A stretch of 64,000 bases of DNA from Puccinia triticina (GCA_026914245.1 CP110440.1:2108001-2172000); one strand, 5' to 3'; shown: positions 1 through 13,732, numbered from the stretch's first letter. A program made the numbers and translations. Notes: generated by a model from the sequence alone, not told the origin.

Positions 1-407
1 TTTACAAGATGTAAACCACAGGTTTATAAAGATGTAAACCACAGGTTTACAAGATGTAAACCACAGGTTTATAAGATGTAAACCACAGGTTTACAAGATG
101 TAAACCACAGGTTTATAAGATGTAAACCACAGGTTTATAAGATGTAAACCACAGGTTTACAAGATGTAAACCACAGGTTTAAAAGATGTAAACCACAGGT
201 TTAAAAGATGTAAACCACAGTTTGCAAGGTGTCAATCATAGTTTAAAAGGTGTAAACCACAGTTTACAAGGTGTAAACCACAGTTTACAATGTGTAAACC
301 ACAGTTTACAAGGTGTAAACCACAGTTTACAAGGTGTAAACCACAGTTTACAAGGTGTAAACCACAGTTTACAAGGTGTAAACCACAGTTTACAAAGTGT
401 AAACCAC
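1..407. repeat. Minisatellite, 22-bp unit ggtttacaagatgtaaaccaca shifting to a 21-bp unit gtttacaaggtgtaaaccaca; runs off the window start
   Basis: Direct tandem repetition; each unit contains the gtttaca-nnn-tgtaaac hairpin. Confidence 0.95.
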
Positions 408-914
408 TGATTACAAAATATAAATGTATTAGAACAGCTTGCCTCATCTTGTCTTGGGGAAGGGGTCCTGCATACTATAGGAACAAGGGTCAGAGGTGTT
501 AGGCATGACTCACATTGTCGTAAAAGTCTATTAGCTTGTCTTGCATCAGCATCGCCCAAACATCCAACTAATCATGGTTGAGAGGGGATTAGATCAACCA
601 CATTAACAAAAGAGGGCAGTGCAGAAAGGAAAATAACTTACAATAGAAAACTGTCCAAAAATGAGAAAAAGAGATTCAGGAATGTAGCTAGATTTTCTAG
701 GATTTGAAGAGTTTGATATCCCCACACGAATAGCGAAAGCCAAGGCAAGGAAAAAAGAAGCGGCAAAGAGGGTGTACATGGAAATAGTTCAGAGCAAAGG
801 ATTCCTTCCAAGGAAGACGCAACTGGCTGCCAATCCGGCAAAGACCAGACAGAAGAGCATCAAACTAAGATGGTCGGGATAAAATCACCCAATCAATGCA
901 GGGGACAAAGGAAT

Positions 915-1410
915 CAGCTAGCCGGGGGGAAAACCTCTTGGCGAGCTGGATACCCGGAACCAGCTCAACGCAAGGAAATTATCCCAGCGAGCTGGATACA
1001 GGTATCCGGCTCGCCGCGAGGAAATCATCTCGCTGTAACCAGCTCACTCCAGCTAGCCGGGAGAGTTTCCTCTTGGCAAAATGGCAGCTGTCTGGGAGGA
1101 AGCCCTCTTGGCGAGCTGGCAGCTATCCGGGAGGAAGCCCTCTCGGCGAGCTGGCAGCTATCCGGGAGGAAGCCCTCTCGGCGAGCTGGCAGCTATCCGG
1201 GAGGAAGCCCTCTCGGCGAGCTGGCAGCTATCCGGGAGGAAGCCCTCTCGGAGCTGGCAGCTATCCGTGAGGAAGCCCTCTTGACGAGCTGGCAGCTATC
1301 CGGGAGGAAGCCCTCTCGGCGAGCTGGCAGCTATCCGGGAGGAAGCCCTTTCGGCGAGCTGGATACCCGTAACCAGCTCGCCGAGAGGGCTTCCACCAGC
1401 TGCCAGCTTG
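915..1410. repeat. 35-bp minisatellite (ggaggaagccctctcggcgagctggcagctatccg) with degenerate flanks
   Basis: About 8 tandem units at 1093-1362; the 35-aa periodicity in the overlapping ORFs equals 3 units. Confidence 0.9.
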
Positions 1411-1434
1411 GCGGCTTGGGCAACGCGGGGTTGA

Positions 1435-1889
1435 TTAACTCGTCGGACATCTCTGGTCCGACGAGTTGAACCTGTCAAGTTGAGATGTCCGACGAGTCAA
1501 ACTTGTCGGACTCACACCCGTCAGACAAGCTAGTCCGACCGGTGAACCTGTCGGACAGGTCTGTCCGACTGGGTAACTTGTCGGACATACAGGTCCGACC
1601 AGTGGGAGCTGGTCGGACAGACATGTCCAAAATTTCCTCGGACGATGTGGTCCGACCAGCCAGTCCGAGGGAAGCTCAGGCTGCGCTGTCCGACTGCAGA
1701 CCGGTCAAACAAGCCCGATGGGTGGTCGGGCCAAGCTGCTCGAGGTCCCGTTGAGCAGAAATGTCCGACTTCTGCTCGAATGGGTTGATCCGACGGGTGG
1801 GCTCGACCACCCTTCGGACGGCCATGTCCGACAACTGGTCGGACATGCCCGTCCGAGCTCTTGCCGGACAAGCATGTCCGAGGGGATAA
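1435..1889. repeat. tccgac/gtcgga-rich dyad element, possibly a MITE
   Basis: Dense alternating TCCGAC/GTCGGA motifs; imperfect terminal inversion ttaactcgtcggacat ... atgtccgaggggataa. Confidence 0.55.
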
Positions 1890-3421
1890 TTCATGCAGTG
1901 TGGCTCCAACAAAACTGTCTGACTCCCTGAAGAAAAACTAGCAAAAAACATCAGGCAAGTCCAACACTTCCTGGAGATTGGCGCAAGTTTCTCATACAAC
2001 AAGGTAGAAGTCATTGCAGGACGCCTCAACCACGTGTCGTACATTCTACCACAACTCAGGTGCTTCCTGTGTGGAATCTATCAATGGCTAATGGAGTGGG
2101 TCCATAAGAGGCGGCCAATTTTGAAAGGCTCCAAGGAGGACCTCCATGAGTGGCTGACAACTCTCAAGAAATTCGCTCCCACCAGACTGATCCTGCGCCA
2201 AGAACCCACCGAAATAGGATGGATAGACAACACCTCGACTAGCTACGGAATTGGGGTAATAGTAGGGAAACGCTGGGCACAATTCCGGTTGAGATCAATG
2301 GACGCTCTTGACCAGGGGATTGAAGGGGACAAAGAAGAGGAAAAAATTGCCCAACTAGAGACAGTCGCGGTTAGATTAGGCCTCCTGATGCTCCTGAAAC
2401 TTGGCGCAAGAGGAGGGAAAACCTGTTGACATTCGTGTGACATCCCTCTAGGACTCTAGCGGTCTCACTTTTCCTGATGACCTCATCAAGACGCTCGCAC
2501 CTCAATGACATCATTTTCAACGCTCAGATCCCTCAAATCTCTCCCAGCAAGATTCTCTGCTGGAACCTCTCCATCCATATATAAACTCTTCCTTCCATTG
2601 TCTTTGTTTCCTTCCCTCGGGGAACCTGCAGTATCACATTCTGCCTATCATTATAAAAGCTTATCTTTTCTTATCTAAGCTGTTCCTCCACTCTCGACAT
2701 CATCATCGGTCAACACCATCATCATCAACCTACTTTCTACGTTATCATATCATACTATCTCCTGTGCGCTCAAGTTCTCTTTGCTCAATTCCTTTGTCAA
2801 GACCCTCAGACTTGCATCCGGATCATTGATTACTCTCAGTTCTTGGTTTTCCCTTCTTTCCAACAAATCCGCCGATCTTCTTTGCCAATCTCCATTTGCA
2901 CTCATACGACTTGTAGGTTCTTAACGGCTCATTGGACTCATCCCGGTCAACATCATTGACTCTTTCTTTTTTTTCCCAGTTGTTTGTCCTCCTGTGTCCT
3001 GTGTCCTTGTTCTTATTGTGTCTCTTTAAATTTTCCCCTTTGCCTTTAGGTACATTTTCTATTTTTATATTTTTATTTCATCACATGTATTCCCTTGTCA
3101 GAATTGCTTACCAGAAATACATGCTTTAGTTTGTTGATTAACAAAACCTTCATTGTGTGGACAGACAACACCACGACAGAGGGCGCAATCCTCAAACGGA
3201 AATCAAAGGACCACCTCGTCAACAACGAGTGGAAGAAGATCCAGAAGATCTTGATTGAACATCAGATCAACCTGGTAGCAAAGCGGGTGGTCTCCGCCAA
3301 AAATCGGGCGGACACGTTATCTAGGGGAGTGCGGCAAGGCCACCAAAACAGGGACCAATTGCGGATTGAAGTCTCAAGGGACCTGGAAGAGCTAATCACA
3401 CAGGTCACCGAGACGGATTAG
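1890..3421 (+). pseudogene. DIRS/Ngaro-like retroelement 1: 3' part of RT plus RNase H, split by a solo LTR
   Basis: AGRLNHVSYILPQLRC, ETVAVRLGLLML, VWTDNTTT and ADTLSRG motifs match 24479-25459 and 61257-62909; removing 2424-3148 rejoins GGKT-FIVWTDN. Confidence 0.9.
2424..3143 (+). mobile_element. Solo LTR (720 bp)
   Basis: TGTTGA...TTAACA ends; 5-bp TSD aaacc at 2419-2423 and 3144-3148; TATA-like tatataaa near 2578. Confidence 0.9.
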
Positions 3422-4239
3422 GTTAGGAATTGAGTGCATTTCACAGTAATACCATAACAAGCAGAACTAGATGTCAGTTAGATAAGAGCCTGGAGTTAGG
3501 GCTAGCCTCAGACAAGGCAGTTAGAGGGGATAGGGGTTGGTTAGGTCTGAGCTGGCTCCAGGCCCCTGGAGTTGTGGGACGGGCTCAGACCTTTCTGCTA
3601 AAGAGCTCCTAAGGGGGAGCTGTATCACACTACCCATTGAGGGAGGCGTGAGGACACTCTACCACTCCCTACAACCCCTCCCAAATCCCAAGAGGCCCTA
3701 TAGGGCTGAGAAGGGAAAAAGGGGGAGGGGGAGGGAGAAAATAGGCTCTTCCCTTATCCCATACCCAGGTGGCTTGGGGAGGAAGGATAGAAACTTCCGG
3801 GTCACCTGAATCACAGTGGAATCCCACATGAATTCAGCACACGCTGAGCAAAATAAACAGTACCAACAGAGGCCATGGTTTTATCCCTGGCCCACGTAGA
3901 CACCTAGGGAGTGTCAGCAGACTGGATGTGCGCTTACTGGCAGCGCAGCAGTAGGTGGGTCAAGTCCAGGAGCGCTAACGGGAGAGGTGGCACCCTGCGC
4001 AAAGGCGCACCAAAGAGCGCAGGCGGAGGTTGATCAGCAGCGCCTCCCCCGGGGGAGGCGCGGCACCCCGCAAATGAGTTCGCAGCGGTCAAGCGCTGAA
4101 ACCTAGTTGGTCAAGGAGCAACCGGTACTGGCCTGCAGCAGCCAACCCAGAACCACGACTCCACCGGATTTAGCCGATCTCAGCTTACCTATCAACCCCG
4201 CCGATCAGGAAACCTTTTTTCACCCCGCCCCAGTTAGGT

Positions 4240-4987
4240 CGTACAGTACACGTGTAATGTGTACCAGACAAGGTATCACTCATTAGAACCTTGTAACGCC
4301 CTTATTTCCCTTTACATGTGAAAATTCTGATTCATACACGTACCACAGGCTGGCCAAAGCAGTGAGGTAATGTGTATGAAGTTTTTCTATTCAGTGGAGA
4401 CTGAATGGAATGAAAGTAATCAACAAAGATCTGTTATTATACAACAATACAGATACTACTGATCTAGTGGGAGACCAGTAGCTCACTTACTGATCATTAC
4501 ACTGCACAGATCATTTGTATTACTGATCTTTCAGAGGATCTGTCCTGTGAAGCGCTCCCAGTTCCCCACTGGTCATTGGGAGCTTCCATTCTTTTCTCCC
4601 TGGACACTCTTCAATATATAAACAGCCCCTCATGGACTGTTTATTGCTTAGAATATTTTATAGCAAGTTTTAACATACTAACAGTTAAACAGTGGCTTCA
4701 TTCTCAACCATCATTTAATTCAGGAAACTCCATAGATTCTTGATTACCCTTTACCTTTTGTAGGTAAAACCCACAAACCCAAGTGAGTTATTCCTTGGAT
4801 GCCTATTAGCACCTTGTGTTGATCTGGATGCGCCTTCATTGAGCAAGACTCTCAGTACCAAGTGTACTGATTGAGTGTTATCTTTTACAGATATTATCAC
4901 GTCACCTTGGCCCATCCTTGGTACTTTACACCATCAAACTGGTAGTAACAACCTCATTTTACACGGTTAGTTACCTACAGGCTGACA
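4240..4987. mobile_element. Partial LTR (family C), inverted homolog of 60025-60977
   Basis: Ends ggctgaca; matches the reverse complement of about 60025-60730. Confidence 0.8.
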
Positions 4988-5360
4988 AGTATCATATATA
5001 TGCAATATGAAAACAGTGGCCAACTTGTGGTTGAGTATAATAAAAGGAATTCAATAAAAGAAACAAAGAAATTCATATGCCATATTCAATATCCTATGCA
5101 AAGTATCCTAGAGCTGAGTTGTGTGTGAAGCTGTGTGTGAAATCCTTTGTGAACTGTCACAGACTGGCATGTGAAAGGTGTAATTTGTGTATCTTCTGAT
5201 CCAGTAGAGATATGAGGATGGTAACAGCGGGTGACTAATGTTTATTTTGGCTGTAGATTCCATAATTTCTGACACCCGTTTGGTGGAATATTGAGACTTA
5301 TAGTGAGTACAAATAAAATTGTGAATTTTTCCACCTGCAAACACAGGAATAACAGCTAAA
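4988..5360 (-). mobile_element. Partial LTR (family A)
   Basis: Homologous to 8960-9330 and 14287-14656 (tatcttctgatccagtagagatat, acacaggaataac). Confidence 0.85.
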
Positions 5361-6189
5361 CTGGGTGTGTTACCAGTTGTCAGTTTTTGATGAAAAAATG
5401 ACCTGGTGGGTGCCCACCCCAAACTTGGGCGGCCAGACCGGCAGTAGAGAGAGAAAATGGAATCTACCTGGTTCTGGCCCAAAGGAGAGGCCCTGGGTGG
5501 GTGTATTTGCTCTCTCAATTGGCAGTACTCACCAGTGAGAGAGTGTTTGTGTCTCTCAATTTTCAGTACCTGAAATATCAAGGTTTGCAGCACCCTGGTT
5601 GAGCTCCTTGCCCTCCTGGAACATCTCCTCCGCCACCAGCAGATCTGGCTCTCCCAATGGGAGCGGGTACACCACCCAAATACCTCCGTTACTCAGGTGG
5701 CTACCGGTGCAGTAACCAGTGTCTGATTTGAGGCAGAAAAACAACCTGGTACCTGGACCCACGGCGGGTATCCGGGTCCCAAATGCCATCTCTACCCCAA
5801 GATTCCACAGAGTTTGTGCATGACAACTGTTTGCAGTTGCACAACATTTTATTGCATTCCATGAACTCCTGTAGCTCCAATGAGACTGCTTCGCGGCACT
5901 GCAAACCCAGAACCCCCCATTGGAAAACTTGACGCCCCGCGCCGGATTCAATGCTACATGGCTTTGCTGCACAAATTTAAAGCACTAGGCCGCTGGTGCT
6001 TGCGCTTGGGCGTTGATAAACGCTGTGGAACTTCACTCTACGGGGATTTAGGAGCTTGGAAGGGAAATGTAAGTTGTCACGGATATTGACAAGATAAACT
6101 GGTGCCTGAGGGGCTGCCTTCCTTGAATAAGCTCTGGGAGTTTTACACTAAGAATATTTAGTGTGGCGCAATCTTTTAGAATTATTCTT

Positions 6190-6928
6190 AGGCATTGCCA
6201 GGCATTGCCAGGCATTGCCAGGCATTGCCTGGCAATGCCTGGCAAATGCCTGTAAATGCCTGACAAATGCCTGGCAATGCCTGGCAATGCCTGGCAAATG
6301 CCTGGCAATGCCTGGCAAATGCCTGGCAATGCCTGGCAAATGCCTGTGATGCCTGACAAATGCCTGGCAATGCCTGGCAATGCCTGGCTGGCAATGCCTG
6401 GCAATGCCTGGCAATGCCTGGCAATGCCTGGCAATGCCTGGCAATGCCTGGCAATGCCTGGCAATGCCTGGCAATGCCTGGCAATGCCTGGCAATGCCTG
6501 GCAATGCCTGGCTGGCAATGCCTGGCAAATGCCTGGCAATGCCCGGAAAATGCCTGGCAATGCCTGGAAATGCCTGGCTAATGCCTGGAAATGCCTGGAA
6601 ATGCCTGGCTAATCCCTGGCAAATGCCTGGCAAATGCCTGGCAAATGCCTGGCAAATGCCTGGCAATGCCTGGCAATGCCTGGCAATGCCTGGCAATGCC
6701 TGGCAATGCCTGGCAATGCCTGGCAATGCCTGGCAATGCCTGGCAATGCCTGGCAAATGCCTGGCAATGCCTGGCAATGCCTGGCAAATGCCTGGCAATG
6801 CCTGGCAAATTCCTGGCAATGCCTGGCAATGCCTGGCTAATGCATGGCAAATGCCTGGCAATGCCTGGCAATGCCTGGCTAATGCATGGCAAATTCCTGG
6901 CAATGCCTGGCAAATGCCTGGCAATGCC
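6190..6928. repeat. 10/11-bp satellite (tgcctggcaa)n with the first few units inverted
   Basis: Direct repetition of tgcc-t-ggca palindromic units; ttgccaggca orientation at 6190-6225. Confidence 0.95.
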
Positions 6929-6934
6929 GGGTGT

Positions 6935-7360
6935 TGACAAACACACGCCCGCCAACACGCCCCGTTTTTTTGGCGTGTGGGAGCCGCACGCCAGGGTTTA
7001 TTGGTGTGTTTGGCCGCACGCCAAACGGCAAGCGAGCCCTTGCTTGCCTTTGGCGTGTGCCTCCCACACGCCAAAATAATTTGCGTGCGGCTCGCACGCG
7101 CCAAAATAATTGGCGTGTGTAAGTCGCACGCCAAAAGGCAAGCAAGGGATGTACATAGGCTATGTGTATACAGGCCAAGTCCCAGCGGACATGGCCTGTA
7201 TACACCCATCCAGCTCGCCGCGAAGGGAGACGACAAGCTGGATGGAGGGCATGTCCCTCCCGACGAGGACTAGGGCGAGCACCAGCCAATACAGCCCGCC
7301 AAGTGGGCTGGATTGGCTGGCCTGTCCCGTCCGACCTTGTCGGACGGGACCCAGGTACAT
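6935..7360. repeat. Fragments of ggcgtg/cacgcc dyad-type non-autonomous elements
   Basis: Motif style shared with the TIR arms of 33639-34623. Confidence 0.45.
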
Positions 7361-8419
7361 ATGTTTTTTTTTTTTTTTTTAAGTGCAGTTTGGCTTTTAG
7401 CATTGCGCACTGTAGTGTATACCTACAAGTTGAAGTATATCAAAAAGAGGACTACAAGGCTAAAAAAATGACAACTCTACATTTGACAAGTGCCTATAAC
7501 GTTTTCATCTTTAGAGTAAAATAGTTTTGAGAGAGGAACATGGAGAAAGAGGGGACTAGTAAGGAAATCAAGGGTTCCATCGGCGCCTCCGGCAATTCAG
7601 AATTTCTTGTTCCATTGATGGGCAATCTGTTGACCAAGGTGAATGAGCAAACTTCATATCAAGTTTATTGATTGTCTTGTTGGATGAAGACTGTTCATGT
7701 AGAAGGCAAACACAGCAGGATTGTGCGGATGGTGAAGCAGTATTGCATGTCTTAGAGTTGTGGCTACCGTGGCATTTACTACAGAGTGGATTGTTTTTAC
7801 ACCACTTAGCGGTATGGCCGATCCTCCAACATTGAAAGCATTGCGGGATTGATTGGGTGTAGTGAGCCCCTCGATAAAGTTCGTGCTGAAGAAAAAGTCC
7901 GTATTTTTCGATTTTGAGTGCAATTTTCTTGTCAATGATTTGTAAAACAATTGAACCATTCTTTTTCCCGTTTTCTGCCGGGTTGTTCAACCAACATGCT
8001 GATTGGATTAGAGCTGGATCGATTTGATTTTGGGTACCAAGGGCTTCCAAATGGCTTCTGTTGTTGGGGTCAAAATGTGCCGGTATGGCGTGTAAGAGTA
8101 CCGGATATCTGTTTGGAAATGTGGCAAGGCTAGGGCAAAAAAGGCCTGTCCAGTGATGTTTGTTATCAAGGATCAAACAGGCCTTGATTCTAGATGAGGT
8201 GTATATCTTGAGATCCTTGGATGGGAGAACCGCAATACCAGTCGCTTCAATTGGGACAGAGTCAATGTTGGCATTGATGGATGCCAGAGTCTTATTTATG
8301 CTGGTTGTAATGTTGGTAGCTGAGGCTGTGTTGAGTGCGTTGAATCCAGGCGGTGTGTGAATAACACAACTGGAGGGTTTGAATTCGTTAAGCTCCACAT
8401 TGGATGGTATCGGTGCCAT

Positions 8420-9330
8420 TGTAAGACTCAAAAGGTGTTGTGAGACCCTTTTGCTGAATGGCGAAAGGTATGGATGAGGTGCAAACTCTGCCTTTCTGGA
8501 TATCAGAAAACAAGACCACCAAGCTAAGCTTGGCAGTTTTATTCAGTGATGAGGATATTTTCAGAGATGAAGAGTATAGTTGGATTGTATTGTGGAAAGT
8601 TCTGAGTGTCTAAGAAACAGATGAGGTGTCTGAAATGGGCAGAAAATACTGATGACTTGGATGGGGCTTGAACCCAGGTCTGTGAGCAGAGGGTATATAA
8701 AGTGAAAAAGAGAAGGTCAAGGTTTGAAAGCTATGCTTCCACCAGGATTGGAATCCAGTACCTTGAGAGGCTTGTGAAAGGTTTGTGAAATCAACTATGA
8801 GTGTGAATTGCAAGTAACTGTGATATGTATGTGTAATAAATAACTGTGACAGGTAAGTAGATGGATGATGGGAGCCAGATGGCATGAGGGAGGAAACAAC
8901 TGGCAGGCAGAGGCTCTATAGTAAACTGAGAAGGGGTCTAACTTCTAGGGGGTTACATGAGTTTCATATGTATGCAATATCAAAACAGTGGCCAACTTGT
9001 GGTTGAGTGGAATCAAAGGAAGGAAATAAAAAAAACAAAGGAATTCAATATGAGGTATTCAATATCCTATGCAAAGTATCCTAGAGCTGAGTTGTGTGTG
9101 AAATCATATGTGAAATACTCTGTGAACTGTCCCGGACTAGCATGTGAAAGGTGTGATCCGTGTATCTTCTGATCCAGTAGAGATATGAAAGTGGTTCCAG
9201 TTGGTGACTAGGGGTTATTTTGGCCGTAGATTCCATTTCTGCAGTCAATTTGTTGCTATCTTGAGGCGTTTAGAGAGTAAAAATAAAAGTTTTAATTTTT
9301 TCTCCTACAAACACAGGAATAACGACTACA
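8420..9330 (-). mobile_element. Solo LTR (family A)
   Basis: tgtaagactc...gactaca ends; 4-bp TSD ccat/ccgt. Confidence 0.9.
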
Positions 9331-9511
9331 CCGTGATGCGTTCCGTTGGCCGAGTTCCCTTGTTAGTGTTTGGACCTTTCTGTTCTTGTTAGTGTTTGGA
9401 CCTTTCTGTTTGTCAGCAGCGACCAAATCTCAAGTCGGACGAAACGGGATAGGAGCTGGGATGGGATGTCTTTTGATACAATCTAAACGGTCTAGGATTT
9501 TCTGCAGGGTG

Positions 9512-10676
9512 TGTCAGCCGGGCTACTAGAATAAGTTAGAGCCCAGCTAACAATTCTACATGTGTTGCTAACTGTGCATACTATTTGCGGCGCAGAGCGC
9601 CAAGTAGTCGCAAAACCTACACAGCTTTAGCGACTACGACTTTTTGAGCACTGAGTGCGGCGCAGAGCGCCGCAAATAAGAATATGAATATGCAAAAATC
9701 CTCCCCTTGAACGATTGATAGAATCAAGGAGAGAGTATACAAACTCCGGCCGCAGGTATCGTCCGGAGAAAGAATGTAGTTATGAGTGAAACCCGTTCTT
9801 ATAACAAGAGAACGGGATACAAAAGCGTTCTCAAGCCAAGAGAACGAGTGCTAGACATTCTCCTGTCCTATTGTTCTAAGAAGTGACAATAGAACTGATC
9901 GAGTGGAGCCGGCCGGAGGAGAATAGCAATAAAGTGAACAGTCTACTCTCCCCCAGCCCAAAGTTCTCAACCGAGAATAGACGTCCTGAATGAAAAACTC
10001 TTCCTTGGACCGAGGAAGAGCTACACTCAATAATGAGAACAGTGAACAGGAGTGGTCAGAGTAATAGAACTCGAGATCACTCCTGTCTGAACTAGCTATG
10101 TCCCCGGCCGAGAAGCCGCGAGTAATTTGCAATAGGAACGGCAACCCTACCGGTCGCCGCAAGAATATATAAAGGGAGGCTTCTGAGCGAGAAGAAGCCT
10201 CCCCAGATTCATACCAACCACCTCGTCGCCATACCTGCCCCGCCCCGTCTACCCGACCGGTCGCTTGCCAGTATAGTTACAATTTCGGTTCTTTGAGTCG
10301 TCTGCCGTCTTCTTTCGCGGACCCTCTTTAAGAGTAAGTCCGCTGTTTCCCTCTTTCTTTATCGGGATCATATCCCTTGCCCTGGGAACGTTAGTACGTT
10401 CAAAAAACACCCTTAATTGGGCCCCAGAAGTCACAGGTTCCATAACCACCCCTGCGCATATTGTGCGCAGGCCCTGTAAGACCACCGGAGGGCACTTAAA
10501 TACCCCAGGCGCTCCTGGCCCCTCCGTTACAATCCTTTTGGGTTTTCTCTTAAAAATAACTTTGAGTTATTTTTTACCCTTCTCACCGCGCTCTTATCGC
10601 GCTTACCACCGCACCGTGCTCTGTCGCCGGTGTAGCTAGAGGAGCTATATTGCTCTTGGCATCACCAAGCCTGACA
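9512..10676 (+). mobile_element. Solo LTR (family B)
   Basis: tgtcag...ctgaca ends; 5-bp TSD gggtg; homolog at 44254-45332. Confidence 0.92.
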
Positions 10677-11149
10677 GGGTGTTTGTGTCTGTTGTTGCTG
10701 AGTTGCTGTTGCCAATGATAGCTGATCTCAGTTTGGCAAGGGAGATGATGAGATTGATGATTTGGCCTTGATTGAGGGATTGAGTTGGGTTTTTGTCTGA
10801 AATTGCATCCGTCAGGAATCTTGTGATGCTATCTAGAATTGGAAGGGGTGTCTCCGGTTTTTGTCTTGTTGATAGAGGAGGGGGATCCGGGAGAGGTGGA
10901 GGAGACATGAGAAGTGCTGAGTTTGTCGAGTTGAGTGTATTTTGAAAAATTTGTAGTGGTTGTGATTCAATCTCCGGCCAAGAACTCGCGGGTACATATG
11001 TTGCTTTAAGATTTTTGCAATTCACAAAACTCTTACCTAAGCCCCATGTATCTACATAGCTGTACATGGGCTATGTAGATACATGGGATATATTACAAGT
11101 TGTACGTAAGAGTTTTGCAAATCACAAAACTCTTACGTCATCGAGTTCC

Positions 11150-11390
11150 CATACATACCTCTTCAACCGGAGGAATGGAGGAGGTATGTACTCCTCAACC
11201 AGAGGAATGCCTCCGGTTGGGGAGGTATGTACTCCTCAACCGGAGGAATGCCTCCGGTTGAGGAGGTATGTACTCCTCAACCGGAGGAATGCCTCCGGTT
11301 GAGGAGGTATGTACTCCTCAACCGGAGGAATGCCTCCAGTTGAGGAGGTATACATACCTCTTTGACCGGGGGCATTCCTTTGGTTGAGGA
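11150..11390. repeat. 41-bp minisatellite with a 15-bp perfect hairpin per unit
   Basis: ctcctcaaccggagg-aatg-cctccggttgaggag repeated about 5 times. Confidence 0.9.
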
Positions 11391-11392
11391 TT

Positions 11393-11510
11393 TGCCTAGC
11401 AATGCCTGGTAAACGCCTGGCAAATGCCTGGCAATGCCTGGCAAATGCCTGGCAATGCCTGGCAATGCCTGGCAATGCCTGGCAAATGCCTGGCAAATGC
11501 CTAACAAATG
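11393..11510. repeat. Second (tgcctggcaa)n array
   Basis: Same unit as 6190-6928. Confidence 0.9.
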
Positions 11511-11539
11511 TCATAATGACATGTTGCAAGATTTATCCA

Positions 11540-13460
11540 AGAACGCACAGTGGTTATTTCTACCAAAGGTAGCAGATCAAAGGAAGACTGGCAGTTGCCA
11601 GTGTGAGATAAATAAAAAATCCTTTACCAAGGATGTGAGCAAAGTAAACAACTTCAAATAGCAATTAAGCAACTTAACTCTGTGGTTGAGAGTAAAGATC
11701 ATAAGCTGGTCCATGTAGTACAAACCCTGGACGCCAAAATTGAGAGTTTGGCGGCGGAGATATCCATTTTTGTAAGACAGACCGGAGGATAAACTGCAAC
11801 CAGATCAGAAGGATCAGAATGTATTAGCAAGCAAAAGGGAACCTAAAGATAGCAATGTCATGCTCAAGAGATCAAGAACCTCACTGCGGCAATCCAGTCT
11901 AAAAACAAAGACACAACCGCAGCAAAGGAAGTTAAAGGAATTTTAAGAGAATTAGATGAAGCCCATCTCCGGGACATAAGTGCAATAAGCCCTAAACTGG
12001 ACAGACTCCTCAGCCAATTCAGAGAGGATGGAGCGGAAGTGCAAGCAAAAGTGCAGGAGATTAACCAAAACCTTGATGAGGCATTGGTTGGATCAGAGAC
12101 CTTGTCAAGACAACACTCCCCTAGGAGAGGAAGGCCTCAACCGCCAAGTCCGGAGGTAATAGACTTGCCACAAGAAAGAAGACAGCCGGAACATCATATC
12201 ACACACCATACAGGCGGGATGTCTGAGATGCAGAAACAGCTGTGGGGAGCAATTAACAAGATGGACTGGCCCAAACTCTCTGGACAAGGAGAATACGACC
12301 ACTCTGAATTTGTCAAGTGGATTGATACTTGCCGTGCAGAAACATCAGTACCTGACGAATACATACAGGTTAAACTCCTATCATGCCTTACGGGAGTAGC
12401 TGGATTGTGGTACAAATCCATTAGAAAAAATCACCAAGATAAGAAGTGGGACTTCTGGAAAGAAGCCATTACAGCTCAGTACGGAACATCTAATTGGATG
12501 TGTAAAAAGCAAGAGGCCTTTGATAAAGACTGCTTCTCAGCGGGAGAAAATCAGGTTTCAGCATGGGTTATGGGGCAATATAAGAGACTTCGTGTGTTTG
12601 AACAGCAACTGTCCCAACAGTCCATTAACTTTGGACTATTGGGTTTAATGAACAGGGAAGTTGAGTACACAGCCAAGAAGGCAATGAATTTGACGAGACA
12701 TGATATGAGCTCTTTAATCAATGTACTTGAGGACATTGCAGACAAGACCTGTCTAGGCCGTAGAAAATTCACGTCTAAACCACTGCTATCCAAAAATTTG
12801 GTCACTAAAGCAACAGATGGGAAGGATAAGGGCCAGTCGGGAGTAGGGGAAATTAAATGCTATACTTGTCAAAAAACAGGGCACACCTCGAGGAGCTTCC
12901 CTAAGAAAATTAATAATGTAGGGGAAATAGATGAGCCTTTAGAAGAAGAGTCACAAGAAAGCAAAGTGTATGATGATAATAATTTGGTTATTGGTTCTAA
13001 ACCTTCCTGTGCAGTCATAGCACCCAAAGGGAAAAATAATCTAGTTATTATGTCTTGCGCGGGGAGTACCTGTACTGTTTTGCTCAACAGTGGAGCAGTC
13101 AAATCAGTGGTTAGCAAAAAGTACCTAGAGTAGAGCGGTTTTGCAGACTGGAGGAAATATATTCTCCCGGCAAAACCGGGCAAATTTCATAGCTGCACCG
13201 GGGCTCTGAAACTGCTAGGAATAGTTAAGGTAAATCTATGCTTTGATTCATTTGAGTTTACCATCAGATTCGTGGTGATGGATAATATGCCTGTTAGGTA
13301 TTTTATTCTAGGCAATGACTACTTATCACATTATAATACATCACTTCTCAAAAATGTAGGCAGAAAATTCTACATGAAGGGGAAGACCTTTGAGTTTGAT
13401 AACTCTATCAACTCCATTTTAGCAGTCAGAAAAGAAGCACAAACATTTAGGAGAATATTA
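11540..13460 (+). pseudogene. Gypsy gag-protease fragment
   Basis: WPKLSGQGEYDH, decayed knuckle CYTCQKTGH, protease LLNSGA (DSG changed to NSG), FILGNDYL; homologous to 46402-47935. Confidence 0.85.
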
Positions 13461-13732
13461 GATCTCCTCTGGGTTTTTTAGCAAACCAAACCTGGAAACA
13501 GTCCCCCGCTGCTTCAGGCACCCTAAAGTAAACACCCCTGCTCCGCAGGCCCTGGAAACTTACCGGAGGGCAATTAAACACCCTTGGCTCCTAGAGTTAA
13601 GCCCCTCCGTGAATAAAATAAATATACCTTTTATCTTTGCCAGTGTTCTAATCCAGAAACCGCGCCACTGTTCCTTCCCCATCAGCCAGTGTAGCTAGAA
13701 GAGCGCGGCTCTTAGTATCACCACGGCTGACA
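13460..13732 (+). mobile_element. 3' fragment of a family B-like LTR
   Basis: gtgtagctagaagag...cggctgaca resembles the ends of 9512-10676 and 44254-45332. Confidence 0.75.

Larger units (their letters stand above)
7568..10908 (-). pseudogene. LINE ORF1 (gag-like, CCHC zinc knuckles), interrupted by two solo LTRs; no ORF2 follows
   Basis: PQCFQCWRIGHTAKWC...CSKCHGSHNSKTC in ORF 7568-8431; frame rejoins across 8420-9330 (ERIT-APIPSN) and 9512-10676 (TNT-LQKILDRL). Confidence 0.8.

Noticed and set aside
1..407. Telomeric repeat
   Set aside because: The unit is not TTAGGG-like and resembles the other internal hairpin minisatellites
5370..6180. Possible decayed gene fragment
   Set aside because: No recognisable motif in the frames I read; cannot be called without a homology search
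6048..7236. Repeat-protein ORFs (PGIARHCQAL / MPGNAWQCLA)
   Set aside because: Open in many frames on both strands because the satellite lacks stop codons
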